DNA from: an uncultured Eubacteriales bacterium
Lineage (GTDB): Bacteria > Bacillota > Clostridia > TANB77 > CAG-508
Direction of reading: 5' to 3'
NCBI GenBank assembly: GCA_948468315.1
Contig: CAOKHL010000007.1
Span: forward strand, 1,102 to 65,101
Length of the DNA stretch: 64,000 nt
Shown: positions 49,913 through 57,893 of the stretch, in pieces
Numbering within the stretch: the stretch's first letter is position 1
Layout: each line of letters starts with the position of its first letter
The notes under the pieces: generated by a model
Told to the model about the DNA's origin: nothing
What the model saw: only the letters and a program-made list of their open reading frames with translations
Database searches by the model: none
Made by a program: the position numbers and the translations under genes

Positions 49913-50468
49913 ATGACAGAAAAACAAAAAAGAGATTGCCAACAACTATATGATGGAAATTATAATCAAGAGCTAATAGAGGAAATGAAAAAGGCTAAGG
50001 ATTTGTGTTTTCAGTATAATAATATTAAACCATCAGATAGAGAAAAAAGAAAAGAATTTATAAAGAAATTATTTGGAAAAACAGGAGAAAATATAACTGT
50101 TGAATCTAATTTTCAATGTGATTATGGTTACAACATTAATGTTGGAGAAAATTTTTATATGAACCATAATTGTGTTGTATTAGATGGTGCAAAAGTAGAA
50201 TTTGGGAATAATGTTTTTATTGCTCCAAACTGTGAGTTTTATACAGCAGGACATCCATTAGATTATGAAACAAGAAATAAAGGATTAGAATATGCAAGGC
50301 CAATTAAAATTGGAAATAATGTATGGATTGGGGGAAATGTTGTTGTACTTCCAGGAGTAACAATTGGAGATAATGTTGTAATAGGAGCAGGAAGTGTTGT
50401 AAATAAAGATATTGCATCTAATACAGTAGCTTGTCGGGAATCCTTGTAAGGTTATAAGAGAAATTTAG
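49913..50468 (+). CDS. maa: maltose/galactoside O-acetyltransferase (left-handed beta-helix); last 11 codons shifted +1 at in-frame CGG 50435-50437
   Basis: Hexapeptide repeats IGNNVWIGGNVVVLPGVTIGDNVVIGAGSVV. After skipping C 50435: G-NPCKVIREI-stop at 50466-50468. Confidence 0.85.
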
Positions 50469-50488
50469 TGACAATTTATAATAAATAG

Positions 50489-50521
50489 GACAAATGATTA
50501 GTTGAAAATCATTTGTCTTTT
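50489..50521 (+). terminator. rho-independent terminator
   Basis: gacaaatgatt / aatcatttgtc followed by tttt. Confidence 0.7.
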
Positions 50522-50605
50522 ATGGTATAATTGGAACACAAGATATTAAGTTGTTGCTGAGGTTGAATTTTAAATTTTTAATAAAATAAGAAAGGGAAAA
50601 AACAG

Positions 50606-51307
50606 ATGTTACATAAAATGAGATTAAATGAAAGTCCATTTGAAGGAATAAAAAATGGAACAAAAACAATTGAATTTAGATTATATGATGAGAAAAGACA
50701 ACAAATAAAAGTTGGAGATAAAATAGAATTTTCAAAATTACCAGATTTACAAGAAAAGTTGTTAGTGGATGTTATTGAATTATACAGAGAAGATACTTTT
50801 GGGAATTTATTTAGAAAATTATATGCTGATGAAGATGAAATAAATAGAAAAACTAAATCAATGTATCAATACTATTCTCCAGAAAAAGAGAAAGAATATG
50901 GAGTTTTAGGGATAAAGATATCGTTAATTAGCAATGGATTTAGGTATACATATAACAAATTAGTAAGAGATAAAATTCCAGAAAATATAGATAGTGAGTT
51001 TGGCAGAAAAAGCAAATATCGAATTCTTAATGATAGCGAATATCTAACCGAATTAAATAAAAAAGTTTTGGAAGAAGCTAATGAATTTATAGAAGAAAAT
51101 AGTATTGAAGAACTTGGAGATTTAATGGAAGTTATAAATGCAATAATGAAGCTAAAAAGTTATAAAATTGAAGAAGTGTATAAAATTATGAAAGCTAAGG
51201 CTGATAAAAAAGGAACTTTTGATTCTAAAATATATTTAGAATATGTTGATGAAGAGAAAAGAAATATAGAGGAAGAAAAAGAATTAAATAAGAAATTTAG
51301 AAAGTAA
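50606..51307 (+). CDS. ASCH domain fused to a MazG-like nucleoside-triphosphate pyrophosphohydrolase domain
   Basis: N-terminal IKNGTKTIEFRLYDEKRQQIKVGD; C-terminal YNKLVRDKIPENI...EEANEF...EELGDLMEVI. Confidence 0.6.
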   Translation: MLHKMRLNESPFEGIKNGTKTIEFRLYDEKRQQIKVGDKIEFSKLPDLQEKLLVDVIELYREDTFGNLFRKLYADEDEINRKTKSMYQYYSPEKEKEYGVLGIKISLISNGFRYTYNKLVRDKIPENIDSEFGRKSKYRILNDSEYLTELNKKVLEEANEFIEENSIEELGDLMEVINAIMKLKSYKIEEVYKIMKAKADKKGTFDSKIYLEYVDEEKRNIEEEKELNKKFRK

Positions 51308-51335
51308 TAATAAGCAAGGAGCAGGAAGTGTTGTA

Positions 51336-51644
51336 ATGAAGATAATAACATTATGTGGAAGTTTGAAATTTCAAAAAGAAATGATGATAGTTGCAGAAAA
51401 AATGACATTAGAAGGTAATTGTATTCTTACACCTGTTTATCCAACATTAGATAATATTAAAAGAACGGAAGAACAACTAATAAAACTAAAAGAAGCACAT
51501 TTTAAAAGAATAGAATTGTCTGATGCTATATTGGTAATAAATGTAAACAATTATATTGGAAATAGTACAAATATAGAAATAGAGTATGCAAAAAAATTAG
51601 ATAAAGAAATTATTTATTATACTGATATAATAAAAGATGATTAA
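51336..51644 (+). CDS. small nucleoside 2-deoxyribosyltransferase-like-fold protein (tentative)
   Basis: IITLCGSLKF...SDAILVINVNNYIGNSTNIEIEYAKKLDKEI pattern. Confidence 0.35.
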   Translation: MKIITLCGSLKFQKEMMIVAEKMTLEGNCILTPVYPTLDNIKRTEEQLIKLKEAHFKRIELSDAILVINVNNYIGNSTNIEIEYAKKLDKEIIYYTDIIKDD

Positions 51645-51783
51645 AATAAAATTAAATATTAAAAACAAGGTGAGTATATTAATTTAAATATATTTACCTT
51701 GTTTTAATTATGTAAAATTCGTAAAATATAGTATAATATATGTAGTTCTGTATATTGCAAGAAATAAAAAAGGAGGAGATTTT

Positions 51784-52480
51784 TTGAAAGAGTTATTTGT
51801 TAAAAATGTAATAAATGAAACTACAAATTTCTTAGACAATAACCAAAGATTAAAATTAAAAGAGATACTAACAGAGATATACAAATATTATAAAATTGAA
51901 AAATTAGAACAAACCCAAAAGCAAGAAACACAAAAGAATAATACAGATATTTTAAATAAGTTTATATCATCTAAAGAAATTGATGGTTGCTAAACAAAAA
52001 CTTTAAATCATTACAAAGAAAATATAAATAAAATGCTTGATGTTGTAGACCTTCCAGTAAATGAGATTACTATTGAAATATTAAGAAACTATTTAGCAGA
52101 TTATAAAAATAATTCAAATGCAAGTATGGTAACTATAGATAATATGAGAAGCGTATTATTAAGTTTCTTTGCTTGGCTGTATTGTTTTAGTTAAAGGTAA
52201 TAGCGAAAGAGAAGTTTATTTCAGTGCTAAAAGTAAAAATATAACAGACTTGGAATATATGGTGTTGAAATATTAATTAGAAATTTTGGAAAGGAGGCTA
52301 ATATAAGCAAAGTACCCCACATAAATTTAGAAGAACAATGGCAACAATGGCTATTGATAAAGGTATGCCAATTGAACAAGTTAAAAATTATTAGGACATA
52401 TAAAAATAGACACTATTATGGAATATGCAATGGTAAATCAAAATAATGTCAAAAATTCACATGGAAAATATATTACATAA
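51784..52480 (+). pseudogene. tyrosine recombinase/integrase remnant (in-frame TAA at 51991, internal deletions, at least two frameshifts)
   Basis: Fragments TKTLNHYKENINKML...ILRNYL, VKGNSEREVYFS, HKFRRTMATMAIDKGMPIEQVKKLLGH...TIMEYA across three frames. Confidence 0.75.
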
Positions 52481-52676
52481 GATAATACTAAATTTAAATG
52501 TTAGAATTAGTGGACAAATAGAGAAAAATGTAATATAATGGAGACGGTTTAAAGAAATTAAAAAAATATGAAATTTAATGTTTTAGAATTAGATGTTAAA
52601 TTAATACTAAAATCATTTATATTATATATTTATCACTATTTTCTAATTTATAAGTTTTTATAAAAGGAGAACAAGA

Positions 52677-53051
52677 ATGTTAAATAAACAAAACGAATTA
52701 TATGAATTATTAAATGAAAATAATAGTTTAAATGAAATTCAAGATTACATAAGAAAAATAATTACAATTAGAGGTTTTTCAGAACAAAGAGTGCAAGATA
52801 AAATGCTACTATTATTTGAAGAAACTGGTGAATTAGCAAAAGCAATAAGAAAAACACTACCTGAAGCTTCAATCGATTATGATAAAATAGAAAATTATAC
52901 AGATATTGAAGAAGAAATTGCAGATGTATTTATTGTACTGGTTTCTATATGCAATAGATTAAATATAAATTTATATGATGCGATGAAGAAAAAAGAAGAA
53001 AAAAATATGAAAAGACAATGGAAAGTAAATAAAGGAGAGAAAAATGAATAA
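52677..53051 (+). CDS. MazG-like nucleotide pyrophosphohydrolase
   Basis: LLFEETGELAKAIRK and EEEIADVFIVL (EExxE / ExxD motifs); RBS aaaggag. Confidence 0.7.
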   Translation: MLNKQNELYELLNENNSLNEIQDYIRKIITIRGFSEQRVQDKMLLLFEETGELAKAIRKTLPEASIDYDKIENYTDIEEEIADVFIVLVSICNRLNINLYDAMKKKEEKNMKRQWKVNKGEKNE

Positions 53052-53547
53052 TAGACAATCATTATATTTATTATGGGCAACTATCCTAAATCAATCTCAA
53101 AGTGCAGATACAGTACTTAAAAATACATTTGAATTGTTTAAAAGATTGAATTTGCTTTCAAATTTTGATAAAGGATATAAAAATCTTGATTATGAAAATA
53201 TAGAAAAATGTCTTACTACAAAACCATGTTTACATAGATTTCCAAGAAATATGTCAATGAATATATGGGATAGTGTTTTTGTGATAAATGAAAAGTATAA
53301 AGGAAATCCAAAAGAAATATTTGTAAAATCTAATGAATGTGATGATGTAAAGAGTAGGTTGATGGAATTTAGAGGAATAGGAGAGCATAAAGCTGATACA
53401 GCAATAATAATTTTAAAAATATATGAAGAAAACAAAGGACTAAATAGTGTATTTGATGCTAAATGCACGGAATTATATAAAACAATAGGACAAGAAATAC
53501 AAATTTTAGATAAGTTGGGAGATGTTGAATTAGATTATGATAGATAA
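53044..53547 (+). CDS. HhH-GPD-superfamily-like protein (DNA-glycosylase-like fold; tentative)
   Basis: WATILNQSQSAD and LMEFRGIGEHKADTAIIIL (helix-hairpin-helix-like); start overlaps the MazG stop by 8 nt. Confidence 0.4.
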   Translation: MNNRQSLYLLWATILNQSQSADTVLKNTFELFKRLNLLSNFDKGYKNLDYENIEKCLTTKPCLHRFPRNMSMNIWDSVFVINEKYKGNPKEIFVKSNECDDVKSRLMEFRGIGEHKADTAIIILKIYEENKGLNSVFDAKCTELYKTIGQEIQILDKLGDVELDYDR

Positions 53548-54460
53548 AGTTTTTTTGGATATAACAAAATTTTGTAATGCGGAATGTAAATATTGTTTTA
53601 CAAATGCAGTACATTATAATAATGAAATTACAAATGAAGAACTAAATATTGATGAAATAGTCATTTTTCTAAATGAATTAGTAAAAAACGAAATATATAA
53701 AGTTTCTATTGGTGGTGGAGAACCATTCTTAAAAAATTTGGGAGAAATCATTAATAGAACAAATGAAAAAATGAAATTTTCAATAACTACAAATGGTTCG
53801 ATGTTAAGTGACGAATTTATAAAATTATTTATAAAAAACAAGAATATAAAAATAACAATCAGTATTGATAGTTTAGATAATGATAAATCTAATATGATAA
53901 GAAAAAATATAGATATTAATAAAGTAATAGAAAATATAAAAAAATTATGTAAGTATGAAGAAATAAGAGAAAGATTATCAATTAGAACTACTATTTCTAC
54001 AATAAATTATAGAGATATTTATGACATTATAAAATTTTGTGAAGACAATAAGATAAAGAATTTAAAAGTAAACTCAACAAACGAATTTGGTAGGGCAAAA
54101 GATAATAAAGAGTTAATACTTCCTTTTAAAGAATTTATGAATTTACTTGAAGAGTTGGTAAATTATTGTGATCAAAATATAAAAAGTGTAAATGTGGAAT
54201 TGCCAGTAGAAAAGTATTTAAAGGTAATTAATAGAAAATGCTTATGTGGGAATACATCGTTATATGTAAATTGGCATGGAGATGTCTATCCATGTGCTTT
54301 TACAGAGGGAGAGCTAAAACTAGGAAATATAAGAGAGAAAAAGATTGATATAATTCTGAAAGAAATTAAAAATTTTACACATGATAATGAATTTTGCTAT
54401 AAATGTCCGATTAATAGATATAAAGATTATGAAAAAATGACAAAGGAAGTTATTAAATGA
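53537..54460 (+). CDS. radical SAM enzyme with a partial SPASM/twitch C-terminal domain
   Basis: CNAECKYC, GGGEPF, CLCGNTSLYVNWHGDVYPC...GNI...CYKC; start overlaps the upstream stop by 11 nt. Confidence 0.8.
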   Translation: MIDKVFLDITKFCNAECKYCFTNAVHYNNEITNEELNIDEIVIFLNELVKNEIYKVSIGGGEPFLKNLGEIINRTNEKMKFSITTNGSMLSDEFIKLFIKNKNIKITISIDSLDNDKSNMIRKNIDINKVIENIKKLCKYEEIRERLSIRTTISTINYRDIYDIIKFCEDNKIKNLKVNSTNEFGRAKDNKELILPFKEFMNLLEELVNYCDQNIKSVNVELPVEKYLKVINRKCLCGNTSLYVNWHGDVYPCAFTEGELKLGNIREKKIDIILKEIKNFTHDNEFCYKCPINRYKDYEKMTKEVIK

Positions 54461-54519
54461 CAATCCTATATCTAAATGATTTCATATAAACTTACTATAT
54501 GATAAATGGGGGTGATACT

Positions 54520-54579
54520 ATGAAAATTGCAAAAAAAACAAAAAAACATATAAAAAAACTATCAAATTTACACATGTAA
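54520..54579 (+). CDS. 19-aa basic peptide MKIAKKTKKHIKKLSNLHM (candidate precursor peptide; speculative)
   Basis: GGGGGTGA (54508-54515) 4 nt before the ATG, a GC island in an AT-rich spacer; located 70 nt upstream of the RRE-bearing radical SAM gene. Confidence 0.3.
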   Translation: MKIAKKTKKHIKKLSNLHM

Positions 54580-54649
54580 TTTATTATTAAATATTTCAAC
54601 CAATGATAAAAAGATATAGGATTAAAATTATATAAAAAAAGGTGCAAAT

Positions 54650-55931
54650 ATGGATAAATTAGTTTTAAAAAAAGAATTCTTTGGTGGAATATTATATGAT
54701 AAAAAATATAAAGAAAATTTATGTATTGACAAAGATACATATCAAATTTTAGAAATGTTAGATTTGAATAATTTAGAGTACACCAAGAATATAGAGTATA
54801 TTAAAGAAAATGTGGAGGAATCGGATGTACTAGAAATTTTTAGAGAGTTAATTGAAAATGGTATTATTTCTTTAAATGTTGAAAGATGTAAGCAATATGA
54901 TATACCAGAAAATTACTTATCGGCTCCATTTAGAGTTTTCTATGATATTACATATAAGTGTAATTTAAGATGTAAACATTGCTTTACAAGTTCTGGTATA
55001 CAAAAGAAAGATGAGTTAACAATTGATGAAAAAATAAAATTGGTAGAACAATTATCTAAATTGGGAGTAGAAAGGGTCTCAATAGCTGGTGGAGAGCCCT
55101 TTGTTTCAGAAGATTTGTACAAGTTTATTGAAAAATGTAATGAAAAGGATATTGATGTTTCAATTTCTACGAATGCTACGTTATTTACTAATGAGGTAAT
55201 TGATAAAATAAATAAATTAAAAATAAAAAATATCACTGTAAGTTTTGATGGACGTTACAGAAAAAAGTATGGATTTTATAAGAGGAAATGGTACATATCA
55301 AAAAACAATTGAAGGACTAAAATTATTAAATGAAAAATACAATAAAGCCTATTCTATAAAGACTACTTTAATGAAAAACAATATTCATGAGATAGAAGAA
55401 CTTATAAACCTTGCAATAAAGTACAATTGCAATACAATAAAATTCAATTGTGTAAGAGAAGATGGTAGAGCTAGTCAAAATAAGAATGATATTGTTTTAT
55501 CACAAGATGAATATATTGAAGTAATAAAAAGTATAGAAGAATTAAGAAAAAAATATGAATCTAAAATAAAAATTAGAGCTCCGTTAAACATATTTGGTTG
55601 TGATGATGATTATGAATTTATACCAGAATTAGGATTTGGTTGTTTTGCTGGTAAAGAAAGTATTTGCATAGATCCGATTGGTAATGTAAAACCGTGTTCT
55701 CATTATCCAAAAGAATTTATTTGTGGAAATGTGAAAAAAGATGAATTAAGATATATATGGAACAATAGTCCTATTTTGAAACAGTTCAGAGAGTTCAAAG
55801 GAAACGATACTTGTAATAATTGTAAAGAATACACCAATTGTAGAGGTGGTTGCAGGTATAGATGTTTCAAAGATGGAAATATTAATGGAATAGATCCATT
55901 TTGTTATTTGAAAAATAATTTAAGTTGTTAA
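54650..55931 (+). CDS. radical SAM/SPASM peptide-maturase-like enzyme with an N-terminal RRE (PqqD-like) domain; +1 frame break near 55253 (GGA-CGT-T)
   Basis: FFGGILYD...TYQILEML, CNLRCKHC, AGGEPF, VSFDG|VTEKSMDFIRGNG, CFAGKESICIDPIGNVKPC...GNV...CNNC...CRGGCRYRC. Confidence 0.8.
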
Positions 55932-55936
55932 AATTG

Positions 55937-55970
55937 AAATCTACATTGATGTAAATTCTAATGTAGATTT
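55937..55970 (+). terminator. rho-independent terminator
   Basis: aaatctacatt / aatgtagattt followed by atttt. Confidence 0.7.
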
Positions 55971-56093
55971 ATTTTAATATATTAATATAAAAACAAACAC
56001 TAAAAGTCATAAAGATATAGAAGATTTTTAGAGATAACCTTACCGACAACTTAGGAGTATGATTATGGATAATATAAAAGAGAGGATAAAAAA

Positions 56094-56177
56094 ATGAAAA
56101 TTGGACTATTACTAGAAGGTGGTGCAATGAGAGGTATATATACAGCAGGAGTTATTGATGTAATAATGGATATATAA
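56094..56177 (+). pseudogene. patatin-like phospholipase N-terminal fragment (27 codons, then decay)
   Basis: MKIGLLLEGGAMRGIYTAGVIDV (GGGxRG-type oxyanion motif) followed by a stop. Confidence 0.5.
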
Positions 56178-56411
56178 AGTACAATAGTCAAGTTGAAAAA
56201 ATCATAGAATTAGAAAAATAAAATATTTGTCATTAGAACATCAAGAATTGTCAATATAAAAGGAATAGAAAAAATTGTGATAAAATACAAGAAATATATG
56301 ATTTAGGCAGAGAAGATATAATAAAATAATTAGAACAATTAAAGGAATTCTTAAATATATAGGGATAGATAATACATGGATTAGTTGAAATAGCTAAAAA
56401 GGAAGTGAAGA

Positions 56412-57020
56412 TTATTCATTTCCTTTTAATATATTCATAATTATACCAATTACTTCATCTTGCATAATATCATAATTAATTTTACTATGTTTATGATAAA
56501 CCACCTCATGACAAAAATTATCAACAATGTTCCAAAGAATATGAACTTTCTCTCTAGGATTTTGAAGGTAAATATTGTTATTTTCTAATAAAACTACTAT
56601 TTTTTCTGTCATTTCGTATTCAGAATCCTTAAAAATTTTAGCAACATCATCATCTAAATGCGACATAGCAAGTAATTCTTCATGAGCTTTTTTAGAAATA
56701 TTATGATTTTCAATAAATTTTTTAATTATATTTTTCAAAAGATTTTCTAAGTTTTTAATCTCAATTTTTTCTGATTCTAATAAACTAATCATTGGGTACA
56801 TGATATGATTAGAATATTGTTTTACACCTTCCATAAATATATCTTTCTTATCATTAAAATACTGATAAATGATACCAACAGATACATCAGCATATTTTGA
56901 TATATCGGGCATAGTAGTATTAAAATATCCTTGTTCGCACATAAGCTCAAAACCTTTTTCTATAATTCTATTTCTTTTTTCAATAGACCTTTTTTGTGTA
57001 GGCATTCTTATTTCTGACAT
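56412..57020 (-). CDS. TetR-family transcriptional regulator
   Basis: RNRIIEKGFELMCEQGYFNTTMPDISKYADVSVGIIYQYF. Confidence 0.85.
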   Translation of the reverse strand: MSEIRMPTQKRSIEKRNRIIEKGFELMCEQGYFNTTMPDISKYADVSVGIIYQYFNDKKDIFMEGVKQYSNHIMYPMISLLESEKIEIKNLENLLKNIIKKFIENHNISKKAHEELLAMSHLDDDVAKIFKDSEYEMTEKIVVLLENNNIYLQNPREKVHILWNIVDNFCHEVVYHKHSKINYDIMQDEVIGIIMNILKGNE

Positions 57021-57072
57021 TTTTATTTACCTCCTCTTTTTAATTATACAATGATAAAAAATAAAAAGCAAG

Positions 57073-57158
57073 AAATATGAAAATATTTTCATATTTTATT
57101 GACTACAAAAGTAAAAAGAAGTATAATAAACAAAAAAATATGAATAAATATTCATATT
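57073..57158 (+). promoter_or_regulatory. promoter TTGACT(57099)-17-TATAAT(57122) bracketed by two palindromic operator candidates sharing AATATGAA
   Basis: aaatatgaaaat/attttcatattt (57073-57096); aatatgaata aa tattcatatt (57137-57158). Confidence 0.6.
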
Positions 57159-57181
57159 ACAAAAACAAGTTAGGGGGAGCT

Positions 57182-57892
57182 ATGGAAAATATAGTAGAAA
57201 TGAAAAATGTAAGTAAAACTTACAAAATAGGAGAGAAAGAGTTTAAAGCATTAGATTGTATAAACCTATCAATCAAAAGAGGAGAGCTTGTGACCATCCT
57301 TGGTCCATCGGGAGCAGGAAAATCAACATTACTTAATTTAATTGGAGGAATGGATAATGTAACATCTGGAGAAATTAAAATAGATGGAGAAGAAATTTCA
57401 AAATATAATGAAAATGAACTTTCAAATTATAGAGCAGAAAATATTGGATTTATTTTTCAATTTTATAATATATTACCTACATTAACAGTATTAGAAAATG
57501 TAGAAATAGTAAAAGATATTGTAAAAAACGCAAAAGATAGTAAGCAGGCAATTAAAGATGTGGGATTAGAAAACCACATGAACAAATTTCCAAACCAATT
57601 ATCTGGAGGAGAACAACAAAGAGTATCAATAGCAAGAGCAATAGCAAAAAATCCAAAATTATTATTATGTGATGAGCCAACAGGAGCATTAGATTCCAAA
57701 ACAGGTGTAGAAGTTTTAAAGTTATTAAAAAAACAATGTGATGGAAACAATGGAGCAAATACAGTAATTATCGTAACACATAACAGCCTATTTGCAGAAA
57801 TAGCAGACACAGTTATAAAAGTTAAAAACGGAAAAATAGAAGAAATAACTTCAAACAAAAATCCTAAAAAGATTGATGAGGTGAAGTGGTAA
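57182..57892 (+). CDS. ABC transporter ATP-binding protein (MacB/FtsE-like)
   Basis: GPSGAGKST, LSGGEQQRVSIARA, LLLCDEPTGALD; RBS gggggag. Confidence 0.9.
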   Translation: MENIVEMKNVSKTYKIGEKEFKALDCINLSIKRGELVTILGPSGAGKSTLLNLIGGMDNVTSGEIKIDGEEISKYNENELSNYRAENIGFIFQFYNILPTLTVLENVEIVKDIVKNAKDSKQAIKDVGLENHMNKFPNQLSGGEQQRVSIARAIAKNPKLLLCDEPTGALDSKTGVEVLKLLKKQCDGNNGANTVIIVTHNSLFAEIADTVIKVKNGKIEEITSNKNPKKIDEVKW

Positions 57893-57893
57893 G

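Noticed and set aside
52491-52595. Direct repeats aaatttaaatgttagaattag / aaatttaatgttttagaattag upstream of the MazG gene as att sites or operators
   Set aside because: The repeats are short and AT-rich and occur only twice. I cannot separate them from chance in this composition.
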